DNA of 64,000 bases, from the NCBI GenBank assembly GCA_904063045.1, contig CAJFCJ010000012.1, forward strand, positions 1,674,001 to 1,738,000, in the 5' to 3' direction. A model generated the notes under the pieces. It ran no database searches, was not told the DNA's origin, and saw nothing but the letters and a program-made list of their open reading frames with translations. The translations under genes and the position numbers were made by a program. This document shows, piece after piece, positions 23,139 to 36,021 of the stretch (within the stretch, counting starts at the first letter, position 1; the number at the start of each line of letters is the position of its first letter). This DNA comes from Dimorphilus gyrociliatus (lineage: Eukaryota > Animalia > Annelida).

Positions 23139-25424
23139 TCATTTACTGCTATCTTTTTTATTCTTCTTCTTCTTCTTTCTTTTTTTCTTCTTCAAAGTTT
23201 TTCTTTCTTGTCGATCGCGTTCCTTGCTTATATAATGATTATCGTCATCTTCATTATCATCCTCAATATCGTCTAACATTTGTAGAAATCCAAGTTCATC
23301 TTTTCCAACTGCTATACTTACTCTAAATCTATTTTGACTTAGTACTTCTAGGCCTAGTAGAGAATCTGGAGGAGGAGATTCGCAAATAGTTACAGTCCTT
23401 TGTCTAGCTTTTAATTTACCTTTTCCCGACGTTAAATAAAAGATAAAGAATATAACAATAAATATAAAAAAGATAACAACACTAGAACAAATAATAACAA
23501 TCACTTTAAACGAAGAAACAACTATTGATGTAGGTAGAGGAGTTGTTGTTATGAACTTTTCACGGACAGTGGGAACCTGTGTTTCACTTGGAGATAATCT
23601 CGGTACGCTAACTTCCAAGCAGGAGTCTTTCTTACAACTTTGACACAACAACAGAAAATCATCTGGTTCAAAAGATTTTGGGCAACTAACCCAAACTTCA
23701 GTCTGAAAATTTTCTTCTTCTGCAATTGTCGATAAAGCCTTTTGAATTTGTTTATCAGATTTTAATGTTACTCCTATTTTTTCCGCAAGAGAATATTGTA
23801 ATTTTGATAAACAATAGCGTTCAACAAAATCCGATGTTACGTCTTCAGGATAGTCTATTTTTGGTTTAAAAAGTATCGTTGAATGCTTGTATCTCTTGTA
23901 TAATTTATTAAACCTATTTCGAATATTATCCTTGGTGACCATTTTAGAGTGTGATAGAGTACTGCAATGTTCGACGTATTTATATTCTTGTACTGGATCC
24001 ATTTGTAAAGTTATACGTATTTGTTCATAATCGGCAGGATTAGGAGCATTAATCTTCCCATATCTTTTATGGGCAAATGGAAAGTATTTGGCGAGTAAGT
24101 TTCTCTTTTTGATAAAGGGAACGGCCCTTTCAAATCTCTTGCACAAAGCGCTTATCTTAAACTGACGAATTATACCATTATCCAATAATCGTTTTCCTAT
24201 CTCTTCGCTTATCCGATAAGCTTCGACTAAAGCATATTCAACATCCTTGCTCATACATTTTGTACCTGGTTTTAATTTCATTATGTAATCAGTCCTACTA
24301 AAAGCTTTAAATCCATAAATTTCAATTGATTTTGGCCAATAAAGAGTTTTTTCTTCAAATTTATAATCCATTATACAATTAATATCTTGTAAGTTGTTTG
24401 CTAAACGGTAAGACGGAGATTTCAAGTGCAGACTACCATCTTTTGAAACAAACATACCCATAAATTCTTTCGAATCTGCAGTTAAATACGTCTCCTTAAA
24501 TGGAACAGTCCATTTTATGTTTACTCTATTTCTAACTACTCTTTCAAAGTCGATAGATGGAATACAAGGCAAGGTTATTGAACCACCTAAAAGTAGGAAC
24601 CAAGTTGGTTTTGCGTCTATACAGTCATCTACTGTTTTCGATGCGTAGAAAGTTGAAAATTTATACTGAGGGCATTTGTTACATTTTGGTAGACCTTCCA
24701 TGGAAGAATAACGACCAGGAGGACAAGGTTGACATTCTTTATAAGATCTTCTAGAGTTTCTATAAGAACCTATTCGACATGGTCTGCATAAATTACTATT
24801 GTACGGATCTTCTTCGTAACCGGAAACGCACTGAAATTCATGAGTATCTTTCCTAGCCCAACCTAGAACTTCCGATCCATAATATCTAGACTCAAGAACA
24901 ATCTCCTCAATCCTATCGTAAGTTTTATTCATTACATCTTGAAATTCGTCATAGAATTTGCAAGTATCAGCTTTTCCTACTTCACTTTTACAACTAAGGT
25001 CATAATTATAGGGTGATGTATAGCTTATATTAACAATAGTTATTGAATCTTCGGGACGAAAGTCAAGAATAACATTCCTAGTCAAAGCACCAATCATTGG
25101 AGATATTCTATACGGATTACAAAACGAGAAAAATTGAAATGTACACGAAAACTCTGGATAAATTGACGAAATATTCAAATCATTATAAATACTATTTTGA
25201 AATTCATAAGGACAAAATTCTTTTAAAATTTCTTGTTCAAGACTAGAAACGTGTCTAGCTTGACAAATTCCATGATGACCAAAGCCAAATTGACCATAAT
25301 AAGTGAACCATTTTCCACGATTTTTCTTACAATTAACAATAAATGTGTATACGATAATGAAATAAAACCTATAAATATCTAAAATCATAATATTTGTTGT
25401 TATTTTTTCCAAAAAAACAAACAA
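23139..25424 (-). CDS. Intronless 761-aa type I membrane protein with ephrin-receptor-like/TNFR-like Cys repeats and an Ig-like domain; orphan
   Basis: Hydrophobic N-terminus; CRPCRIGSY...CQPCPPGRYSSMEGLPKCNKCP repeats; GGSITLPC...W...DGSLHL...INC Ig pattern; TM VIVIICSSVVIFFIFIVIFFIFY; acidic then poly-Lys tail. Confidence 0.85.
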   Translation of the reverse strand: MFVFLEKITTNIMILDIYRFYFIIVYTFIVNCKKNRGKWFTYYGQFGFGHHGICQARHVSSLEQEILKEFCPYEFQNSIYNDLNISSIYPEFSCTFQFFSFCNPYRISPMIGALTRNVILDFRPEDSITIVNISYTSPYNYDLSCKSEVGKADTCKFYDEFQDVMNKTYDRIEEIVLESRYYGSEVLGWARKDTHEFQCVSGYEEDPYNSNLCRPCRIGSYRNSRRSYKECQPCPPGRYSSMEGLPKCNKCPQYKFSTFYASKTVDDCIDAKPTWFLLLGGSITLPCIPSIDFERVVRNRVNIKWTVPFKETYLTADSKEFMGMFVSKDGSLHLKSPSYRLANNLQDINCIMDYKFEEKTLYWPKSIEIYGFKAFSRTDYIMKLKPGTKCMSKDVEYALVEAYRISEEIGKRLLDNGIIRQFKISALCKRFERAVPFIKKRNLLAKYFPFAHKRYGKINAPNPADYEQIRITLQMDPVQEYKYVEHCSTLSHSKMVTKDNIRNRFNKLYKRYKHSTILFKPKIDYPEDVTSDFVERYCLSKLQYSLAEKIGVTLKSDKQIQKALSTIAEEENFQTEVWVSCPKSFEPDDFLLLCQSCKKDSCLEVSVPRLSPSETQVPTVREKFITTTPLPTSIVVSSFKVIVIICSSVVIFFIFIVIFFIFYLTSGKGKLKARQRTVTICESPPPDSLLGLEVLSQNRFRVSIAVGKDELGFLQMLDDIEDDNEDDDNHYISKERDRQERKTLKKKKRKKKKKNKKDSSK

Positions 25425-25558
25425 AGATGCCTTTTTTCGTTACGTTTTTTATTTTTATAAAAGAAAATAATAATAGAATATAAAGAACGAAATATTGTCA
25501 TTTCAATTATTAAATTATTTACAGTTTTCTTTGATACAGTATATATGAAATCTGTGAA

Positions 25559-28500
25559 CTAAAGTCCGTCGTCAGAGTCCTCCTCTAGAAGAGGTACAAT
25601 ATCAAAACTTCCAAATTTTCTTTTGGTTTGTTGGGCTTTCGTGTCTTTACGAAAGCAAAACATTAGTGTAAAGATGATGACTATTGAGATAACAATAAAA
25701 GCGTCTGTGAAAGATATAAATAAATAGGTTAATTTTTATTTATTTAATATATAAAGTTAAGCATCTTACTCATAATCCAAAGAAATGTAAATAATAAACT
25801 CTGATTTTTCATTGGTATTAAATTTATAGTTAATTCTTTATCATTCAAAGGTAATACTATTTTAATTGACGTTTCTTGATATCCTTCAGCCGAGATCCTA
25901 ATATTATATAAACCTTTCTTAATGAATAGCGATAGCATCCCTTTCTTTGAGAGGAATTCTTCGTTATTAATATAAATTTTACAATTTTTAATTGATGTAG
26001 TTGATTTAGAATTACGAACAATAACTGTATAAAATGATAAAGAAGAAGAAAGAGTATATTATTAAATTTATAATAATATAGTTAAAATCTCTATTATATT
26101 TCATTACTTACGTTTAAGAGCATTACTCGTCTGTGATATAACTTCTTTTAATTTCCAATTTAGTTCTGAACTTTGATGAACTACTTCTCTATCGTTAAAA
26201 GATTCACAACAGTAAATTGGCGCGCTAATTATCATAGTTTTTGTTTCTTTTGAAATTTCATCCTTTTTAAAGGAAAAAAACAGCAATAAAAATTAATAAA
26301 CAAGATTAATAAAGTATTAGGAAAGGAAAGATTAAATACGAACTAAGAATAATTTCATTTGAGATTCTTTCTTCTTTTCTTTACAATCAGGAAATAGAGA
26401 TTTTATTTTTTCAATTGCATGACTACGTAATCCTTTTGCTGTTGAGTGTTGAAAACTACCAAAACTATTTACCAATAGTACCAAGTCATATGAATCTTTC
26501 TTCATAAAATATAATAAACGATTTTTAACCTCTTCTTTGATGAAAGTGTTTGTTTGGCACGAATTATTAGCTTCCCATGCATAGGGACTACTAATTAACG
26601 GCATTACTGATACATCTACGGATAAGAGATTTTTCGTTAATTCCGAATTTTTTCTATTGATGAATAAGTCTTGAAGAAAAGCAGTCAATAACTCGGCCGA
26701 GTAACGATCGGTAGTTGTAAAGCCTCCTACGATGGCTATTTTAGAGCGGACCTTGAATGAATTTATTGGAGGTTTTATATGGACAATACAAGCAGTTGGA
26801 CCATTATTACATTCTGTATTACCATGATTTGGTAGAGATTCAACGATTTGATAAGGCGTATCGTAATGGCGAAAAGATGAAGAATATTCAAGGGTAATAG
26901 TCTTAAACACCCTTTCCTTTTTAAGATTAATGCTTAAGATTTTTAGTTTATATCCTTTAGCTTCAATTCGGATAGTATATACTCCTTGATCGAGTAGAAA
27001 GAGGAAACGAGATCCGACTACTTCATATTTCGTTTCGTAGATATACGCTGTTGCGTTACTAATCTCTTTTTCGTATTTATCTTGAATTATTCCACTTATA
27101 TACATTGTCATACATTTTAAAACGTTCATTAAAGATTGTACTTGCTCATTAAAAATGAGTGGAATTTGTTTTGAATCTGGATATTTACAACACGATATAC
27201 CTATGTTCAAGCGTGGGAAATCTTTAAAAATCCCATCCTCAATTTGTCTTAAATCTTCGCTGAAGTTAGTTACCGAGGAATAATCACAATCTTCATTCCA
27301 ATTTAACTTGGATGCTTTCATAAAAGATTTTGAAAGTCGTTTTAAAAGTGCATTATTTTTATTCTGTTGTAGTTTTATTCCACCTGCTGTTAAAGTTAAT
27401 ATAACGTCAATATTTTTACGTTTCTCAAGAATTAGACTAAGAGCTTGAGATGCAATTGTTCCGGAATATGGAAAAGAATTCGCTTTATCCTTATAACTTT
27501 CGCCGCTGCAATCTCCTTTAACCAAGCTTTGAGATGACTTTATATAAAGGCTAGGTAAAATGATTACTCGAATGTCTTTCATTAGGTATTCAATATCTCC
27601 ACTCGACATAATAGAACCTAAATGTCTTGCAAATCGTAGGGCAACTTCACTTCCAATAGGTTCGTCCGCTTTATAACTTCCAATGATAAGAATGGTACTC
27701 TTTTCAATGCGGTTAGGTTTAGAAAATTCTAACATTGGTAGATCAAATATTCTGCTAATTGAGACATTCTTATCGAATCTATTAGCTATATCTTGCATAT
27801 GTTTTGTTAAGTTTGAAATTGAATAAGTTGCCTTAACGTTCTCTTCAACTGTGTAAGTATCCTTGTCAGATAATATAAGTTGGCTATCCTTTCTTAGTAA
27901 ATCAAAATCAACAAATGTTGCTTGATTGTTAGTAACGGTAACAGCCTTCTTTTGAGATAGATATCTATAAATTGATTTGTTAAATACTTTTTAATTAAAT
28001 ATAATATAATAGAATAAAATTATTTCAACCCTACCCAATAGTAGATACTTCTACTTCGTAATTTCCGGGAGCCAATAGACGCCAATAATCTCCACCTTCG
28101 GCTGATTTAATGATATGACGAATCGATGTAACATTTATCGTAGCACCTCCTATACCTTTAGATGTTGAGCCATCTCTGATAAATCCTCTTATACCTTTAT
28201 GAACCTGAGACATATATGTAATAAGTGAATATTTATTATCATTCCAAATTTCTTTAAGAGCCTTTGCTGGAGGATATTTCACACATCCAAGTTCCATTGT
28301 TAATTCAAAACAATTACTCTGAAAATAGTTATAATCTTGCATTCCACCGGCCACTGAGTACCATGCTGCTCCGTTAGTTATACCATCTGTTATTTTGTAA
28401 ATAAAAAGAGTAAATAAATGTAAAGTACTATATGATTTTCGCCTGTTTCTGCTTGTTTCTACCTTTAAATTTTTCTGAACAGGCATCACCTTTATACATT

Positions 28501-30695
28501 TTTGAATGACTAAAAGAGTAAGATTTAGCCAATCTGCGAAAAATATCATCATCTGGACTTTTACTATAAGATGATTTTCTTTCTTTGTTATCATCCAAAG
28601 GATAATTTGCAACTAATGAACCACCGTGCAAATTTGCGGATAATACGAAAGGATAACTGTGTATCCATTCAATAACAATTTTTGTTTCCTTTTGCATCTC
28701 TTTTCTCGTTGGGAAAAAAGCATCCGGAAAATTTCGATTTAAATCAACATGATGGCTATTTGGTCTTCCTTCAATTCTTGAATTTATATAAGCTTTCGCA
28801 TAACCATCAGGATTCATTGTTGGCATAAGATGTATTCTAGTATTATCAACAAGTTTTGTAATTAGTCTATCCTTTCCATAGTTAAAGCATATTAATTGTA
28901 TTAAATTAACTAATAAGACACGACCAACAACTTCATTTCCATGCATGGTTGATAAATATTTAAATTCGGGTTTACCTATATTATAATTGATTATTAATAT
29001 TGTAATTGTTCTAATTTAGTATAAAACAAATAAACCTAATTGATGAAATCCAGGTTTATCACTTATTTCAACAACCCATAACTGTCTACCTTGAACCGAT
29101 TTACCAACTGAATAAAGTCTTGTAATTTTTGAACAGTTTGTCATTGACGTTAAACTTATTAGAGTTTTTTCCAATTGTTTGTCATCAAGATGGCGCATTA
29201 TTGTAGGCTCAATCCAATTTGATTCTTTTCTAAATAAAAATATTCAATTACAAGAAAATGCGCACGTTTCTATTTGAAACAAACTTTGATTTATAATCCA
29301 TGAATTTATTTGTGCAGTTTATAATATATGCCAATTCTTTATTAACTTTTGTACGTATCGATTGATGAGAATAAGAAGACTTATCCCTAATCCTTTAAAA
29401 GTGAAATTTTATGAATTAATCATATATAGGAGCAAAATCAATACTAACTCTTCCTTTATCTTTTCCAAATTATATATATATTCGTAAGATCTTGTTGCTA
29501 TGGTTACAGGTTTCCACTGAGTATGGTAGCCTGTTGCATAGACTCCTACTTTATATGATCCCGGTAGTAATAAACGCCAGAAGTAACCGTCGCTGGACGT
29601 TCTGACATTTTTACCGGCTGATGTACCATTTATATATTTAACGGTTACTATTGAATTTTGAAGAGGTTGACCCGCTTTACTTCTAACTAGACCTTTCATA
29701 CCGATATGAGCTTTTCCAATGAAATTAACAAGAGCCATTGTGGTTTTTGACACTTGTTTTTTAAGTACGGAGTCACTTGGAAAGTTACAACAAGAAACAC
29801 CTAAAGAAAGTTCCAAGCAGTTTGTATGACTGTATATATAATCTTGTAAACTTCCATTGTCATGGTTTACATTAGCACCAACAGTATATCCATTTGCATA
29901 TTGAAGTTCTTTAGGCAAATTGCATTTATCATTTTTATAATTTGGAAATTTTGATATAAATGAATTAGCCAATTCCTGAAATAAAAGATCGTCTTTTGTT
30001 GCTGAATTATTAAGGGAATCTTTTCCATTGAATGGATATGTAACAAGTAAATTTCCAGCTCTAATATTAGCTGAAAGAACAAACATTTTGCTATTTAACC
30101 AATCCATCATTTTTTTAGCTTCTGGATCTATTGGTGCTTTAGGTAAATTTCTCCATCTGTCTGGATAATTTCCATTCAAGTCGTAATTGTTGGAATTATA
30201 TCGTCCCGTTGTACCATTACAACTTCCTTTTATGGCTTTATTTAATCCATCCGGATTCAAACTAAGAATTAAATATATATCCGTCTTGTCTACAAGTTGA
30301 CGAACAGTAGGATTATTAGTATAATTATTTAATAAGAAATGTGCAAGATTCAATATTGTTTGGCTAGTAATAGCTTCATTTCCATGTATACTACCAGTAA
30401 TTTTAACCATTGGCTCATCAAATTCTCTTAGCAATGGATTATCAGTTATTCGTATTCCTATAACACTTTGACCACTCTTAGTGTTCCATAATAAAACTTT
30501 TTGAGCGATATTCAAGTGAGTTGCAACAAGATTGTCTATCACCTTTGAGCATTGAGTAAAATTAAGATAATGGTCATTATCATATAAATGATCGTTGATT
30601 ATTTGTTCAGTTGTTGAATAGCTTAAAAACAGAAAAAAAAGAAACAAAAAAATAGGTGATTTCATTCTTCCACGTTGAGACGGAAATGAAAACAT
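25559..30695 (-). CDS. CPD: Carboxypeptidase D with four M14 carboxypeptidase-like domains, TM anchor and acidic/dileucine tail
   Basis: Domain 2 has intact STMHGNEVVG, DLNRNFPD, ANLHGG and TMELGCVKYP. Domain 1 (29449-30695) and domains 3-4 are degenerate. The last exon is AFIVISIVIIFTLMFCFRK...DIVPLLEEDSDDGL*. Joining domain 1 to the rest needs a 38-nt exon at 29355-29392, which is inferred. Confidence 0.9.
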
Positions 30696-31193
30696 CACAT
30701 GATAATAAACTCTGCCACCTAGCGTAAAAATTTTTTAATAATACTTTAATTTTTAATTCAGTAAAAAGTTATTATTGATTTCAATTGAAATATAAAAAGA
30801 ATCAATGAAATAGATAAGCTACATACATTTTTTAACTTTTCATTGAAATTTTAGAAGTAGTCTTTCATTGTCTTTATGACAAGCTATTTTGAATTGTAAT
30901 AGTTTATTTATAATCATAAAATCATGTATTTAGAAACTCTAATCAATTAATCATAGATAACTACCATCACAAGCTACTAATCTTCATTTTAAATAGTGAG
31001 AAAAAAAGCAAAAGTTTCACAGTTTAACAAAAAAAAAAGAACAACAAGGCAGACAAAAGAGAATTATTAGCACCATAAATTTAAAAAAGTAACCAAAAAA
31101 TTGCACAGATTACAGATTCGAATAATACTAGAAATACTTTCTTTCTTTGTAAAATATAAACTGGCGGCAAAGCAGAAGAAAAAAGACATGTTA

Positions 31194-34149
31194 TTATGAT
31201 GCATTTCTCATTTTCTCCAAGATTTCTGTAATCATATCGAATCTGGGTCTTTTTCCAGGGTCTTCGTTCATACAGATTTTAATCATTTTTGTAGTGGACG
31301 TAGAGGTTCCTGGCGGTATTGTGACTCTAGCATTCTCTAATGCAATCTAATAGAATAAAAAGAATAAACAATAAAATGTTTAAATATCCAATTAATTAAC
31401 TGTTTAAATATTTAATTAATAAATATACCTTAACACCAACTTCCATTGGAGTAATATTGGCGAAAGGAACTTGTCTTGTAGCTAATTCCCATAGAACAAT
31501 AGCAAAACTCCACATATGTGCAGCTCTAATATTAATATCTACAGATTTCTTTGTTAAAGCTATAAAATTATTGAATAGATATATTAATAAACTTTTGAAA
31601 CGTATAACGTATATAGATGATACCTTCAGGAGATAGCCAAGCAGGATTATACTCTTTCTCTTGTTCGTGAAAAGAGAATTTACAGTCAGCCATATTAATT
31701 TTAGCAGTTCGATTTTCATCCAGCTGAGGAGAAGAGAAAGTTTGATTTTAATTAAATATTTAATAATAACTTTTCTGATTGTTATTTCATATTAATAATA
31801 ATAAAAAAATTAATAAAAAAATCAATCTGAAAGGAGAATACGTAAGTGGTAAGTATAAATAGAATAAAAGAATAATATAGTAACAGATAGCATCATTCTC
31901 AGCCATAATAAATGCTCTTCAGACAAAATAAAAATGATACTAATTGAATGAACAAATGATGAATAAATAAGAAACACTTGCTATTTCTAATAAAAAAGGC
32001 ATGATAAAAAAAATAAGAGAGTAATAGTATAACAATAATAGAAGAAAATATTAGTGAGATTAATAAAGAGACTATAAATAAATTAGTAAAAGTATTGTCT
32101 GATAAAACAACAGAAACCATTCCAATTTACATATATATATATTAGTATATATATATATATATATATACAGCATATTAAAAGTATATGCATACATCAATAT
32201 ACTAATATACTAATATATATATATAAATACATCTTTTATTTTTACCCCAAGTGATAGGTTCCTAGAATCATTTGCTGACAAAGTAGCAAATTCGAGGTTT
32301 AACTTGGCTAAGTTTTCATCAATCTGCCAGACGTATAAAATATTGCAACATTTACTTATCATATTATGAGTATAATATATTATATAAGCATTGTTTTAAA
32401 ATTAGAAATAATATAGAGCAATTTATACAAAAAGTATATTCAAACAATATTAAAGTCGTATCGACTATCTCACTTGGATACATTAAGTAGTAAATATAAT
32501 ATTAATATTAAAATCTTACCATAACGTGTTTGCTAGTTAGATTGAAGTTTATAATTGGAGGATCTAAATTATGCAAATAGTGCATTCCTTTAGCAATATC
32601 TAATTCGAATTTAATTGCTTGATTATTATCAATAACGAGTCCAGATTCTCCATGAATAACATTATACAACGAACCAAAAGGCATATGAGGACTGAGTATA
32701 ATGAACTTTTGTGCGTCAGTAGTACCGCCAAGTACAGGTAGGACGTTGGCGTGATTGAAGATCCTTATATTTTTTAATGAAATATAAAAAAATATAAACA
32801 AAAACTTAAATAAGCAAACTATTTAACTAATTAATGAAATTGCCTTTACTTTAATTTAGGTAGTTCTTCTTTAAACATCCTTGCATAGCGTAAACTATTA
32901 TCACAATTTAGATATTTCACAATGACTTCAGCCTCATTCCACTTTCCAAAGTGTACTCTACCAGAATGAGTTTCGCATAACATCCTCCCAACCTTAAGAT
33001 CTCGAATGTTAACAAACTTGGTTGAATCTTTACCTCGTACGGTCGTTGAAAAAGATCTCATTTCGTCGTAATGATAGACAAGTGACAAATCTTGTCCTAA
33101 GGTTTGTGCGCGATCTAGTAGTTAATAGTAAAATTCAGAGTTTTTATTGAGTATAATGACCTAATCTTTAAACTAACCAATAAGAAGCCTTCTTAAATTT
33201 GGTCTGGCTAGGTCTATAGGAGTTTGATTAAATCTGTTTGCGTGTCTTACGTGTGCACCTTTATCAACCAACGTCTTTAAAATAAAAATAAAAAGAGATT
33301 TACAATATTAATATAGTCTTTAAAGTTTTTCAATACTTACTATCGCTACATCTTCAAAATTCCAGAAAGCAGCATAATGTAACGGTGTATTACCATGAAT
33401 ATTTGTCCAATTCATCTCATTTGAATAATCAGCCAACTATTTAAAAACAACAATTATTAAATATATATATATATATATATATATATAGTATATAAAGAAT
33501 ATTTCTAAGAGCACAACATCTGATAGATGTCATTTAAAATCATTAGACCAGTGACATCTGCTTGTTTTATTCGAAAACAATTATATAAAAAAAACTGATA
33601 AAATTCATAAATTAGCTCTCTTACACCATTCATTGAAAAAGTATACTGTATACTACCAATATTTGTAGTAAGAGAGCAAAAACAAATAAGCGATTGTCCA
33701 ATGATAAGACGAATTTATGCTCCTTTGATTTAGTATTGTTTTTTTTTAATGTAAAAGAGAGATTAATTAAATTGATCAGTTAATAAATTTTCAATACTGA
33801 TATTAGTTTGCTTGAATTATTTTTTTTATAAGAAATAGGAAGCTGATTTTACCAAAAGGATTACTTCTAAATGCCCAAAACTGGCTGCCAGATGGATTGG
33901 TCGATCTCCACTTGCATTCACCGCTACAGGATTCGCACCACGTTGTAGCAGCATATCCACAATTTGTTTATTTCCTCGCATAGCTGCCCAGTGCAGAAGT
34001 GAAAATTTATGCTCATCTCCTTGATGCAGATCATTTTCAGCGTTATCCAACCATAACTTGGTTTCCAAAACTCTTCCATCTTTAACAATTGCAAATATGT
34101 CTTGCTCTGGAGTGTCCATCAGTATATAGCTATCTGTCTCAAGCACCAT
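31194..34149 (-). CDS. ILK: Integrin-linked kinase (ankyrin repeats + pseudokinase), multi-exon
   Basis: DIFAIVKDG...[81 protein letters not shown] and [14 protein letters not shown]. The start could be at 34119 or 34149. Confidence 0.95.
32130..32226. repeat. TA-rich simple repeat in an ILK intron
   Basis: Direct reading of imperfect (TA)n / ATATACTA units. Confidence 0.85.
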
Positions 34150-34615
34150 TTAACAGATTTTTTCTTCTAAATGAGTCTTTTATAAATGTAGAAGTGTTGG
34201 GTGTTGCCGTCTGCTTAATCAAATAATCGGTTATGCCAGATATAGAGACAGCTAACATTCAGTAGTTCGTATATATATATTTACTATTAGTGTAATATTG
34301 GCTACCTACTAGCCTTTTTTGTCTTGCACTTACTAATTAAGCTGATAACGCGCGAAATAATGGTAAACAAATGTTGAGCTTAGGAAAACGTTTAAACAAA
34401 CTTTGATGGAGTTATTACGATTTTATCGAAATATCCGATTACTGTAAGAAAAAGCAAGAAATCGATAATTAATCGAGAAATCGATTACTCCAAACATTTC
34501 CGTTCGTTTCACAATGTTTATCCTGTAGATGTCGCTTAAACACACGTGCTAAAAACGTATCAATTCTGTTATGAATTTCTATTAAAATACCCTGTTAGCT
34601 TAATAAAACTTGAAG

Positions 34616-36013
34616 ATGTTCGACGAAGAAGACTGGGATGCGTCGAAAAACGATGCAAAAACAGAAAAATTATCTAAAATACTATTTTCAGACAAAATTT
34701 CAGATAATTTGGTAATGATAAATACTAAACTCCACTCGAAATATAGATCATATTTGTATTCTTAGAAAAAGAAAGGGAATAAAAGGAAGAGAAAGCAGGA
34801 AGGAAAACCCAAACAACAGACATCTGTTAAGAAACCGAGAAACAGAAAGAAAAATCGAAAGGAGAGTGATGTTACTAAAAACCGGAATCTTGCAAAGGAA
34901 GCTGATAAAGAAGAACTGGCAAGCGAGATAAACGAATTTCAGAAGAAAATCAATCGAAAGAGAAAGGTGGCGGAAATTAAGGAAGAACAACCCAATAAAC
35001 CAAATAAAGTAGCAAAGACGAGCCCCAAAACGACGACTCTAAAAAGTAGAATGACCAACAGATTGAACGCCGCCAGATTCCGATTCATTAACGAGCAGCT
35101 TTATACTCAAACTGGAGAAGATTCTATGAAAATGTTCCAAGAAGATGATGAAGCGTTTCACGTCTATCATACTGGGTTTGCATCACAAGTTGAAAAATGG
35201 CCTGTAAATCCAGTGGATTTAGCGATAGAATACATAAAAAAGGGGTAAATAATTATATTTATTAGAAATATGCACTCCCTAATGTAAGTTATTTAACGTA
35301 GCAAACCGAATCAAATTGTTGCCGATTTCGGATGCGGTGATGCAAAGATAGCAAGAAGTGTTAAAAATAAGATATATTCTTTTGACCTTATTGCCCTAAA
35401 CGACAAAATAACTGTCTGCGATATGACTAAGGTAATAGTTTCAAATTTTATTTAACGCTAAGGCTTAAATTTATCAATGCTTATATGCACCAAGGTTCCA
35501 TTGGCAGATAATTCTATTAATATAGCCGTATTCTGTCTCTCTCTTATGGGTACAAACTTGTCATCTTACATTCTAGAAGCTAATAGAGTCCTAGCAAACA
35601 GGTATTTGTTTGTGTATTAGCTTAGAGTTTTGTTTTCTTTTTCATAAAACTACTTTTTATAGGGGAACTCTATTAATAGCTGAAGTTGTTAGTCGATTCA
35701 ACAATATTGATGCTTTCAAACGAAAATTAGAGAAATATGGATTCGATTTAATCAATAAGGTAACTTTTACTATGAAATAATACATGTATTTTATTTTTAT
35801 GTAGATAGTTATTCTCTGGCTAATTAAATGTACGAATTAAAACAAAAGATTTTAACATATATCATGTTAAACAACGAGAACTCAATCTTTACTTGATTGC
35901 AGAAAACGTACAAAATGTTCGTTTGGATGGAACTTAAAAAAACGAAAAGAGTTAATCCAGGTAAAAGCTTGCCGGATATTAAATTGTCACCATGCTTGTA
36001 CAAAAAACGATGA
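34616..36013 (+). CDS. RRP8: Ribosomal RNA-processing protein 8 (nucleomethylin, rRNA methyltransferase)
   Basis: MFDEEDW start, [56 protein letters not shown] and PCLYKKR* (TGA at 36011-36013). Confidence 0.97.
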
Positions 36014-36021
36014 AATCAAGT

